A stretch of DNA of 45,321 nt, taken from the NCBI GenBank assembly GCA_964512625.1, contig CAZEKG010000005.1:1-45321 (forward strand). Reading direction: 5' to 3'. Source of the DNA: an uncultured Gammaproteobacteria bacterium. GTDB lineage: Bacteria; Patescibacteriota; Patescibacteriia; 2-01-FULL-39-33. How positions within the stretch are numbered: position 1 is the stretch's first letter; each line of letters opens with the position of its first letter. Positions 29,072 through 37,713 of the stretch are shown piece by piece. The translations under genes were made by a program, and so were the position numbers. The notes under the pieces are model-generated. The model ran no database searches and was not told the origin of the DNA. It was given only the letters and a program-made list of their open reading frames with translations.

Positions 29072-31651
29072 TTAAGTCCATTCGTCCTCGGAAAAAATTC
29101 TTGACCTGATCTTGCTCTTCTTATCTTCTTCTTTTTCTTCTTCGATTTCATCTTGAATAAAAGGGCTTTCCTCTTCCATCTCCTCTACTTCCTCTTCGGG
29201 TTCATCTTCTATAGCCTCCGATTCTTCGCCGATCAATTCGCTAAAATCAGTTTCCGGCAGTTCCGGCTTCATCGCTAAAAGCGGATTATCTTCTTCATCC
29301 GATACATTATTCTCCTCTTCGCTTTCCTTCGGCTTAAAAGCGGTAAAACTCGGCTCTTCTTCAGCCATCATTTCCTGATCATAGGCCTCTAACTCGCCTT
29401 CCAAGCCATGCTCTTTGGCCGCGAATTCCAAAGCTCCTAAGCCTTTCAATTTATTCAAGAAGACTTCGCGAGGCTTAGCTCCGTCAGCCGGACCGACAAT
29501 ACCTTGATCTTCCAATAAATCCATAATCCGCGCAGCCCGAGAATAACCTATTTTCAATCTTCTTTGTAAAAGAGTCGTTGAAGCCTTGCCTGATTCGCGG
29601 ATAACATTTACCGCCTCTTCTAAGAGAGGTTCATCACCGCCGTCGAAGCCATTACTACCGAAACTGCCAAGAGTCGGCTTATCGACAATCCCCTCGAGAT
29701 AATCAGCCTCGCCTTGGGACTTAATATAATCAATAACGCCGTTGATTTCTCTATCCGTCAAGAAAACGCCCTGGATTCTTTTAGGCTTCGAGGTTTCCGG
29801 TCCAAGGTAAAGCATATCGCCTCGACCGACTAATTTCTCCGCGCCCGAAGCGTCTAAAATCGTTCTCGAATCAATCGAGGAAGAAACGGAAAAAGCGATT
29901 CTAGCCGGCACATTAGCTTTAATAAGGCCGGTTAAAACCTCGACTGAGGGACGTTGAGTCGCTAGGATTAAATGAATGCCGACCGCTCGAGACATTTGGG
30001 CTAAGCGGACGATACTGCCCTCAACATCAGCCGAGGAAGTCGCCATCAAGTCCGCCAACTCATCAATAACAATTATGATATAGGGCAACTTGCTCTTAGC
30101 GGTTTCGTTATAAGAAGCAATGTTGCGTTTGCCATATTTCGATAATAATTCTAAACGGTTTTCCATTTCCGTCACCGCCCACTTAAGCGCGTTGATCGTT
30201 TTTTTCACATCAGTAATAACTGGCGTTAAAAGATAAGGAATGCCATTATAAGCCGGGAGCTCGACTCGCTTAGGATCGATTAAAATGAATTTTAAATCAT
30301 CGGGGCTATTTTGGAATAACAAGCTGACGATTATCGAATTAACGCAAACTGACTTACCTGAACCGGTTGAGCCGGCGATTAGAAGATGGGGCATCTTATC
30401 GAGCTGCGCAAAACAGTTCTGACCACTAACATCCTTACCTAAAGCGATTGATAAATCGTTCGGCCGCTTTTTAAATTCCGCACCAGAGACCATATCGAAC
30501 ATCGTAACTTTTGCAGCTATCTGATTCGGGATTTCAATACCGACTAAAGACTTACCCGGAATCGGCGCCTCAATCCTAACGGGATGGGCGGCCAAAGCCA
30601 AGGCTAAATCGCCGCCTAAATTGACAATCTTAGAAAGACGAACACCATCGGAAGGACGGAAAGTGTATTGAGTTACTGTCGGGCCGATATTGACGAGTCC
30701 CATCTCAACCGGAATACTGAAATTAGCTAAAGTTTTCTTAATTATTTCCTGATTAGTTCGAATATCGCCGGAAGTCGGCTTACCTGAACGGGATGATAAA
30801 AGCTCTAGCGGAATCTCTATTTTCTTACCGAATTTTTTATCCGCAAAACGATTAAGCTCTTGTTTATCTTTAAAAACAGGAATAGAAATATATTCTTCCG
30901 GCTCTTCCTTAGTCTCTTCAACCTCTTCTTCGGCCTCAGGCAAGGAATCAGCCAGCATCTTTTTGCCAAACTTCAACTTATTATCATCGCTAAAAGCGAA
31001 ATTATTAGTTTCTTCCTCGTAATTATCATCAGTAAAGTCATTTTTAACTCTCGGAACGGTTCGAGTCGAACGAGCCGCTAAAATCAGCTTGGTAAAAATG
31101 AATTTAGTTAAGCGCCAAGGCCACATCAAGCCGTAAATAGAAGTCTCTAAAGCTAATAAGACGCCAACCAATAAAATCGCAAAGAAGACGACCCAAGATC
31201 CCCAAAAACCCATCAATTGAAACATCGGATAATCCAATAAAGCGCCGAGATAGCCACTACCCAAGCCTTCTTTAGCGGCCATAAACATTTGACCAGGAGG
31301 AAACTTTAAATGCCAAACGCCAGAGAGCCCAATGAATAATAAAAAGGCGCCAATATAATTAACTGCTTTGACGGGAAACTTTTCCTGGAGCAATAGCGCG
31401 CCCCAAAGAGTTAGAAATACGGCTAAGAGCCACTTAAGATTGCCGAACATAACCGTTACTAGCCAAAGCAAGCCATGACCTAGTTGTCCAGCAAGATTAA
31501 AAAGCGCCAGCCAAAGCAAGGCAGCTAAAACGAATAAGAAAATAATGCCAATACCGCGCTTAGTCTCATTACTAAGGTTAACGCCTAAGCCGCCCCCAAA
31601 ATCAAAACTGTTATCGTTATCAGACAGCTTGCGCCTTCTTCTTTTAGACAT
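29072..31651 (-). CDS. ftsK: DNA translocase FtsK with acidic C-terminal tail
   Basis: N-terminal TM segments. Motor domain with GSTGSGKS Walker A and IIVIDELADL Walker B. Gamma winged-helix (LLQRRLKIGYSRAARIMD). ~130-aa E/D-rich tail. Confidence 0.9.
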   Translation of the reverse strand: MSKRRRRKLSDNDNSFDFGGGLGVNLSNETKRGIGIIFLFVLAALLWLALFNLAGQLGHGLLWLVTVMFGNLKWLLAVFLTLWGALLLQEKFPVKAVNYIGAFLLFIGLSGVWHLKFPPGQMFMAAKEGLGSGYLGALLDYPMFQLMGFWGSWVVFFAILLVGVLLALETSIYGLMWPWRLTKFIFTKLILAARSTRTVPRVKNDFTDDNYEEETNNFAFSDDNKLKFGKKMLADSLPEAEEEVEETKEEPEEYISIPVFKDKQELNRFADKKFGKKIEIPLELLSSRSGKPTSGDIRTNQEIIKKTLANFSIPVEMGLVNIGPTVTQYTFRPSDGVRLSKIVNLGGDLALALAAHPVRIEAPIPGKSLVGIEIPNQIAAKVTMFDMVSGAEFKKRPNDLSIALGKDVSGQNCFAQLDKMPHLLIAGSTGSGKSVCVNSIIVSLLFQNSPDDLKFILIDPKRVELPAYNGIPYLLTPVITDVKKTINALKWAVTEMENRLELLSKYGKRNIASYNETAKSKLPYIIIVIDELADLMATSSADVEGSIVRLAQMSRAVGIHLILATQRPSVEVLTGLIKANVPARIAFSVSSSIDSRTILDASGAEKLVGRGDMLYLGPETSKPKRIQGVFLTDREINGVIDYIKSQGEADYLEGIVDKPTLGSFGSNGFDGGDEPLLEEAVNVIRESGKASTTLLQRRLKIGYSRAARIMDLLEDQGIVGPADGAKPREVFLNKLKGLGALEFAAKEHGLEGELEAYDQEMMAEEEPSFTAFKPKESEEENNVSDEEDNPLLAMKPELPETDFSELIGEESEAIEDEPEEEVEEMEEESPFIQDEIEEEKEEDKKSKIRSRIFSEDEWT

Positions 31652-31784
31652 ATATTAATAATTAAATAAAAATTAAATCAGATTGAATAATTATAAGCCG
31701 AAAACCTTCCCGTTTCCGCCCTTTCATTTTAACACAATTCTTAAACAATGTGAAAGGTCATTAAACATAATCGCCAGGCATTAC

Positions 31785-34700
31785 TTAGCCGAAAATATCT
31801 TCTTTTGCTACCTTTTTGCCTGATTTTACGCTATTTATCTTAACTGTTTCCTCGATTTCTTTTTTAATCTCCGGGGCTTGCTCTTTAACTTCTTCTCTCG
31901 ACTCGACTAAAGGGGTTGAACTAATTTCTTGTTCAGCTTCTTTTTTAACTTCCAAAGACGATTCTGACTTGTCTAAAGCCGGCAACTCGGCTGGCTGGCC
32001 GCCTTTTTTGAGTAAGATATCCTGTTTGATTACTTCATCGTGGCCTCGTTTCGTCAAGTCAATATTATTAGATTTATACTGATCGTAGCCCGGCTTTTCA
32101 GCTGTTAAATAGTAAACACTATTACCCACTAAGAAGCCGTAACGGCCTTTTTTATCCGTTACGAATGATTCTAACATACGATCATACTCGGGAGCAAAAA
32201 TCCTGGCGACAGCGTAAGGCAAAGGCTTGCCGGTTTTCTCATCATAAACAACTCCCCAACTACTCGGGACTTTCTTATCCGCCAAACGCTTAAAGAGAAA
32301 ATAAAGAGCAATATGAAGGACGAGAAGGCCGAAAGTATGATAGCGAGGCGTGATTAAGAAAGAGATCAAACCGATCGTCGGACCAATAAGAATAACTCGC
32401 TTGCGCCATTTAACCTTATTATTCTCCTTAATGATTTCTTTATCCGTCACCTTCTTATCTTCCTGGTCAACTGGAATATTAGCGACGATAGCGCCAGTCG
32501 AATTTTCCATAACAGTAATTTTTCCGCCATGATAGAGATCGGCGAATTTCGAATCTTCTTTGGCGTTAGCCATAATCTTGGAAGGGAACTCAAAACCCCG
32601 CTTTATAACTTCGACTCGATATTCGCCAGGACCGACTAAGAAAATATAACGGCCTTGATGATCAGTAACCCGGGATTGGAGCAATTTATCGGTTTTTAAA
32701 TCATAAATGCGGACAACGGCGAGATCAATCGGCATTTTAGTCAAAGAATTATAAATGACTCCCCAACCTTTACGCTTCTTTCTCGTAAACCAAGCGAAAG
32801 GCTCAGTAAAAAAGTATTGAAAAAAGTACCAAAAGTTCCACCAAGGCGTGGCTGTCGCGGTACTAACTAAAGTAACCGCCGCAACACCGGGAGCGACATA
32901 GCTAGAGTTGGCTTTTTGCACCTCCGGATTATCAATAACCTGATCTTTAATCAGTTGAGCCGTCTTGCCGGGATTAGCGATCAAAGGAGCTAGGCTACTA
33001 GTTAAGTCGCCGAGATTTTTCGAGTTTAAAATCTCTTCGATTTTAATAATCGGCGAAGCTTCCAAACCGATATTGAAATTAATTACCTTATTATTAACAT
33101 TAAAGCTAGCCGTCTTTAGAGTTTCATAATCATCCTTAGAGGCGGAAATAAAATATTGGCCGTTAGGTACCATAGCGCCATAAAGACCGTTAGCATTTGA
33201 AGAGAGTGCATCATTAACTAAAACCGCGCCGCCGCTCTCAACCCGATAAAGGGAAATCTTAACGCCAGCGAGCGGCTGATTAGTTTTCCGATCATAAACT
33301 CGCCCTAAAGGCAAGACTTTCAACTTCCACGATCTAACAGCTTCCGTTTTATCCTGATAAACGGTACTAACATACAAGCTATAGCCATCAAGATTTTTAT
33401 TAACCGTAATACTGCCTAGATAATTATTGCTTTGATTGGAAAGGGATAAGAAATAAGTTTTACCGGCGACTTGAAGCCCAATAACCGAAACTGGCTTGAT
33501 TAATGAGTCGCGCGGTACGCTGGCGATTAAATCATTGCCCTCGAGGACATTTAAAACATCCTGGCTATCGGGATTAATAGCAAGATTGCCATTATTAGTT
33601 AGAAAATCAGCCTTGGTCTCAACCGCCGTAGCTCCGCAAGTCTCACATAATTCTTTCGGTTTCTCTTCAAGCTTAGGAATTATCTCATCAGTTGTCGTCG
33701 TTTTCTCTTCCTGGCCAAGAGGAATAGAAACAGCACAACCGCAACTCAGCGACTTACCACCATCATAAATGGTAAAAAGAGAATAACTGTAAACCTGATT
33801 ATTATTCAAGCCAGTATCAGTAAAACTACTAGCGCTACCCGAGTAAGACGGACTGCCGGCGCCGATACTGCTAACACAACTATCTGATTTTCTTAAAGTT
33901 ATTTTTTCAAAATTAAAATCATTCTCCGGATTGGTCCAACTAAGCCTAACTTGCTTATCGCCACTCTCCGCTAAGAAATTACTCGGGCACTTCGCTTCAG
34001 CTTGTACTGCCGTCTTTACCGACAAACAAGTTCCTAATGAATATTCCGCGTAACCGCTGCGAGTAAAAATTTTATAGTTATAAACTTGATTATTATTCAA
34101 GCCAGTATCAGTAAATGATTTATTCTTATTGGTCGAAAGTAAAACGCCATTTAATAAGCCCGCCTTAGAACAATCATTTACTGTTACTCTTATCAAGCGA
34201 GCTAAGCCAAAAATAAAATCAATAGCCGGATTATTAGCCGGATTCGTCCAATTCAAAGTTACTTGCTTATTACCACCTACCGCCGAAAAATCACCAATTT
34301 CCGGAATATTTCTCATAGTTTCCGCATAAGCGCCCGAAGAATAGACGCCGAAACTGTTATTCAAGCAAACCGTATATTCCACTTTAGTTCTTAAGGCAAT
34401 GGAACTTTCAGCATTAATAGATTCAGAAATTCCGGCTGCCTTAGCCGTAGCGCTTTGATAAACTTTCTCATTAGCGCTTGGGCAAGTCGTCCGTCCCTTA
34501 TAAATAGTTACGCCGGCGATATCGGAATAATTGGGGTAAGTTAAATCAATAACTGAGCCTTTATTGACCGGTCGAGCCGAAGTCTCAGCATTAGGCATAA
34601 GACAATCCGTCCTAAAAGTATTGGTCGGCGACTCAGCGTTTAAAGCATTAGCGTTAGCCTTGATTAAAAAAGTATACGCTGATTGTAACTCTAAATTATT

Positions 34701-35189
34701 TAAAGTTACTAAATGGGAAGCCTGGGCATTAGTAATAGCAATTTCCGTTTTATTGTTCGGCGAAGCGGATAACCAATAAACGATCGAGCCGACTGTCGAA
34801 ACACTAATATTATTCGGAGCTTGGACGGTACGCCAGCCAATTTGGACACTACTGCAATTAGCCTGAGCCGTTATTTGATCGATCGTTAAAGCTCCTTGGC
34901 TTTCCGTTTGGCAGGCGCTATTACAGCCGTCTCCATCATTTCTATTGCCGTCATCGCAGGCTTCGCCCGTTTCAACGATACTATTGCCACAAACCGCCGT
35001 TTCTCCTCCCTCGCCGCCGCCACAGCCGACGCAAGGAGGCGTTGTCGTACTAGCGACTGTCGCCGTAATGCTTAAGCCGGAATTCTCCGTCGAGGCTGAA
35101 GAAAAATTATAAAGAAAAAAAACAAAACTGGTTGCTAAAGAAACAACCGCTAAAAAATAAAATTTATTTTTATTATTTCTTATCATCAC
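31785..35189 (-). CDS. giant secreted/membrane protein with a cysteine-rich repeat, Fn3-like repeats and carboxypeptidase-regulatory-like domains
   Basis: 1134 aa with a signal/anchor. CGNSIVETGEACDDGNRNDGDGCNSAC matches the Myxococcus-type Cys-rich repeat (DUF4215-like). Repeated ...LNNNQVY.Y..F modules. GRYIFLVGPGEYRVEV and GRYGFLVGNSVYYLTAEKPGY are CarboxypepD_reg-like. Internal TM helices. Confidence 0.6.
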   Translation of the reverse strand: MMIRNNKNKFYFLAVVSLATSFVFFLYNFSSASTENSGLSITATVASTTTPPCVGCGGGEGGETAVCGNSIVETGEACDDGNRNDGDGCNSACQTESQGALTIDQITAQANCSSVQIGWRTVQAPNNISVSTVGSIVYWLSASPNNKTEIAITNAQASHLVTLNNLELQSAYTFLIKANANALNAESPTNTFRTDCLMPNAETSARPVNKGSVIDLTYPNYSDIAGVTIYKGRTTCPSANEKVYQSATAKAAGISESINAESSIALRTKVEYTVCLNNSFGVYSSGAYAETMRNIPEIGDFSAVGGNKQVTLNWTNPANNPAIDFIFGLARLIRVTVNDCSKAGLLNGVLLSTNKNKSFTDTGLNNNQVYNYKIFTRSGYAEYSLGTCLSVKTAVQAEAKCPSNFLAESGDKQVRLSWTNPENDFNFEKITLRKSDSCVSSIGAGSPSYSGSASSFTDTGLNNNQVYSYSLFTIYDGGKSLSCGCAVSIPLGQEEKTTTTDEIIPKLEEKPKELCETCGATAVETKADFLTNNGNLAINPDSQDVLNVLEGNDLIASVPRDSLIKPVSVIGLQVAGKTYFLSLSNQSNNYLGSITVNKNLDGYSLYVSTVYQDKTEAVRSWKLKVLPLGRVYDRKTNQPLAGVKISLYRVESGGAVLVNDALSSNANGLYGAMVPNGQYFISASKDDYETLKTASFNVNNKVINFNIGLEASPIIKIEEILNSKNLGDLTSSLAPLIANPGKTAQLIKDQVIDNPEVQKANSSYVAPGVAAVTLVSTATATPWWNFWYFFQYFFTEPFAWFTRKKRKGWGVIYNSLTKMPIDLAVVRIYDLKTDKLLQSRVTDHQGRYIFLVGPGEYRVEVIKRGFEFPSKIMANAKEDSKFADLYHGGKITVMENSTGAIVANIPVDQEDKKVTDKEIIKENNKVKWRKRVILIGPTIGLISFLITPRYHTFGLLVLHIALYFLFKRLADKKVPSSWGVVYDEKTGKPLPYAVARIFAPEYDRMLESFVTDKKGRYGFLVGNSVYYLTAEKPGYDQYKSNNIDLTKRGHDEVIKQDILLKKGGQPAELPALDKSESSLEVKKEAEQEISSTPLVESREEVKEQAPEIKKEIEETVKINSVKSGKKVAKEDIFG

Positions 35190-36123
35190 TATTTACCTTC
35201 TTAGATCGCCGATTAAAAATTAAATTGAAAAGTAAAAGGAAAGCAACCGCTAAAAAAATGACTGATAATTCTATCGGCCAAACGAAAAAGCCGTAAGGCG
35301 CTGAGCTAAGCCTTTGATGCGACTCGCCGTAATCAAGCTCTAAGACAGCGGAAAGCCTTAGCCAAGAAAAATATTTAATTTGGGAAATGAGCTGATTAAA
35401 AAAGCCCCGATCTTCCCGATCCCAAGAGATCAAGAATTCCTTTTCGCTGGAAGGAAGGATAATACCGCCGTCGGGATTGAAAGGAACCGTATCGACGACT
35501 TGGCCGAAAATATTCTTTATGACTAATAAGCCTTTAGGTTTTAAATGAACATTGCCTTCATTTTTTAAATCAGTTCTAAAACTAATCGGAAAATTGAAAT
35601 AAGCGACCGATCGCTTTAAAGGCTCTAAGCCGGATGAGGACATCTTCTCCGTTACTTCGCCATTAACCCTTAAAAAAACTAGGACGCCAATCCGCGAAGA
35701 AACGCCAAGATTCGCCTTATTAGCCGAGGGCTCCTTGCTTTCCCACATAATCGCTAAGTAATAACCGCCGACATTGGCCGTTTTCGGAATGCTGATTAAA
35801 ACGGGAACGGTTTTTTTCTCTCCCGGTTTTAGAATTAAGGAATCCTGAGGCAAGGTCAGCCAAGAAAGGTAAGCCGAACCGAAAGACGGCGTTATTTCCG
35901 CCTGATAGCCGTTACTTTTCGGCTTAAAGACTTCCACCTTGGAAGTTAAAAAAACATCTTTATCCGTTTCATTAAAAAGCGTCAGCGAATAGGACGCGGT
36001 TTCTCCAGGATTTATTTCCGCCTCGAGTTTTAGCGGGCTAACAGTCGCGGCCGAAGCGGAAAAAGCAGGCAAAAGGAAAAAGGTTAGGAAAAGAAAAATC
36101 TTAATTTTATTCAGTATAGTCAT
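35173..36123 (-). CDS. cell-surface protein with C-terminal membrane anchor (DUF916/DUF3324-like architecture)
   Basis: Signal peptide, two beta-sandwich-like halves, and a C-terminal TM segment followed by a basic tail (NRRSKK). Overlaps the downstream giant gene by 17 nt. Confidence 0.5.
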   Translation of the reverse strand: MTILNKIKIFLFLTFFLLPAFSASAATVSPLKLEAEINPGETASYSLTLFNETDKDVFLTSKVEVFKPKSNGYQAEITPSFGSAYLSWLTLPQDSLILKPGEKKTVPVLISIPKTANVGGYYLAIMWESKEPSANKANLGVSSRIGVLVFLRVNGEVTEKMSSSGLEPLKRSVAYFNFPISFRTDLKNEGNVHLKPKGLLVIKNIFGQVVDTVPFNPDGGIILPSSEKEFLISWDREDRGFFNQLISQIKYFSWLRLSAVLELDYGESHQRLSSAPYGFFVWPIELSVIFLAVAFLLLFNLIFNRRSKKVNSDDKK

Positions 36124-36142
36124 CTTAATTTCAAACAGTCAT

Positions 36143-36847
36143 TTAAAAGTTAGCGATCGCCGTATAAGTAATATTGGTTGCGTATGATCCTGAGGGCTGG
36201 CTAGCCGAAATATTAGCGATATAATTGATATTAAATACGGCCTCGGAAGACATTGATCCCGAGGAAGAGATGATTGGCGAAGAGGAATCAAAAGCGTAGC
36301 GAGCAGGATTATTATATGGCGCTTGGGAAGCGGCCGAACTGTCTCCTGAGCTATAAATAGCATTAAAACCGAATTGGGAAGTTCCCGGCAGTGAGCTGGT
36401 TGCCGTCGCGCCGATAGCGGTTATCTGATTAACCCCGGAAGTCAAGGTAGCGCCGGAAAAAGTAAGACTGACACCAGTAACACTATTACTTCTTAAAGTT
36501 AAGGTATGGGAAGCAGTCGCGGCAGTAGCCTCGCTTAAAGTTCCGAGATTCAAGCTTGATCCGCCAAGGCTTAGAGTTAAAATTGGCACATCATTTTCCA
36601 TTTCCCGATAGCCGGCTTTAACTGAATAATTCGTCGAAGAAGACGCTCCAGCAACTGACTCGCCAACCGTATCAGAAATTGAGAAATTAGAGGAGGAAGC
36701 GACTTCCCCTCCGCCAATAGAAACCGTATCCGCCCAAATTTGATAACCGCTATTAGAAGTCATAGCGGCGAATAAAAAATTTATCGGTATAACCGATAAG
36801 AGGCAGGCTAAAATAAAAATTGAGAAAATGGTTTTTCGGCTTTTCAT
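36143..36847 (-). CDS. Ser/Thr-rich secreted surface (WxL/pilin-like) protein
   Basis: Signal peptide and low-complexity S/T/G/A-rich beta-strand repeats. The C-terminal ...SGSYATNITYTAIANF resembles surface-subunit termini. First gene of the surface locus. Confidence 0.5.
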   Translation of the reverse strand: MKSRKTIFSIFILACLLSVIPINFLFAAMTSNSGYQIWADTVSIGGGEVASSSNFSISDTVGESVAGASSSTNYSVKAGYREMENDVPILTLSLGGSSLNLGTLSEATAATASHTLTLRSNSVTGVSLTFSGATLTSGVNQITAIGATATSSLPGTSQFGFNAIYSSGDSSAASQAPYNNPARYAFDSSSPIISSSGSMSSEAVFNINYIANISASQPSGSYATNITYTAIANF

Positions 36848-36898
36848 ATATTATATTTTAACATTTTTCAAGCTTTGAGGGCAAGAAAATTTTTAAAT

Positions 36899-36990
36899 AA
36901 AAAAACAGCTCCTTTCAGCCCAGCCAAGACTCGTCCGAAAATCGCTTTTCGGGAAGAGAGTGAATCTTAGCCGGACAAAAAGAAGCTGTT
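36899..36990 (-). terminator. large Y-shaped intrinsic terminator (host-type sequence) just left of the island
   Basis: On the minus strand, AACAGCUUCUUU...AAAGGAGCUGUU (12 bp, one G.U that is a C.A mismatch on the plus strand) encloses CCGAAAA-N4-UUUUCGG and is followed by UUUUUAUUU. Confidence 0.55.
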
Positions 36991-37019
36991 AACTTTCTTT
37001 ATCCTATCTTATTTTTAAT

Positions 37020-37065
37020 TTTTCCTCAAGTTTCACAATCAAGGAGATTGCGAAGCTAATTGGAA
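37020..37065. repeat. left copy of the 46-bp imperfect direct repeat flanking the island
   Basis: TTTTCCTCAAG-N3-CACAA-N14-AAGCTAATTGGAA. The right copy at 44382-44427 has an identical 11-mer, 5-mer and 12/13-mer at identical spacing. Confidence 0.6.
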
Positions 37066-37097
37066 GGAGGAGCAACAAGTACCACTTGCGCTCCTCC
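37066..37097 (-). terminator. strong hairpin immediately after the last island gene
   Basis: GGAGGAGC-AA-CAAG...CTTG-C-GCTCCTCC lies 10 nt downstream of the stop at 37107 and abuts the left direct repeat. The U-tract is weak (UUCCAAUU). Confidence 0.45.
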
Positions 37098-37106
37098 GTG
37101 AAACCA

Positions 37107-37703
37107 CTAAATAACGGCGGAGGACAAAACCCGCTCTTGACGGCTCGTCCTCTCATTAATCGAGGTGAGGGCGCTATCCGGCACATCCGGAATTCGCGTC
37201 TCGCCACGCTCTTGAGTCGCCGAGTAGTATCCACTCTCGGCAATCCACGCGATCAACTCTATCATTCCAGCACCACTCGCGCGGGGTAGAACCTCAAGAG
37301 CTGTAAGCGCCGCCGGTGAGAAGGAGGATCCGAAGATCTTGTCGCCACAGAAGTAGTACCAGCTGTAGCCGGATACTACCACGACGCCTTTCGCCCGAAG
37401 AATCGCTTCACCCTGCTCGCGTGGCAAGGCATTCCCCGCGCGAAGTTCTTGCGCCTCGGCCGCGATGGTTTTTTTCACTTCCATCATCAAGTCGAGCGGC
37501 GCGAACTCTGCGCGGTACATTTGGCGATTATTCTTGTCGACTTTCCCGTCAACTGGAATCAACCGCACCCTCACCACCTCGTCCGGCTTGACCAAACGAG
37601 GCATAAAAACTATTGACCGATTGTAAGAGGAGATGCACTGTCCGGTCTCCTCGTATTTCCCTCCGCGCTCGGCGCGGAGGGTTGCAACGATTTGTTCCGT
37701 CAT
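37107..37703 (-). CDS. hypothetical protein (198 aa), possible N-terminal TRAM/OB-like fold
   Basis: AAGGAGG lies 5 nt upstream of ATG 37703 (MTEQIVATL...). The ORF-track extension to 37835 overlaps the vWA gene. SIVFMPRLVKPDEVVRVRLIPV loosely resembles TRAM strands. No confident family. Confidence 0.6.
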   Translation of the reverse strand: MTEQIVATLRAERGGKYEETGQCISSYNRSIVFMPRLVKPDEVVRVRLIPVDGKVDKNNRQMYRAEFAPLDLMMEVKKTIAAEAQELRAGNALPREQGEAILRAKGVVVVSGYSWYYFCGDKIFGSSFSPAALTALEVLPRASGAGMIELIAWIAESGYYSATQERGETRIPDVPDSALTSINERTSRQERVLSSAVI

Positions 37704-37713
37704 GCTACCTCCT

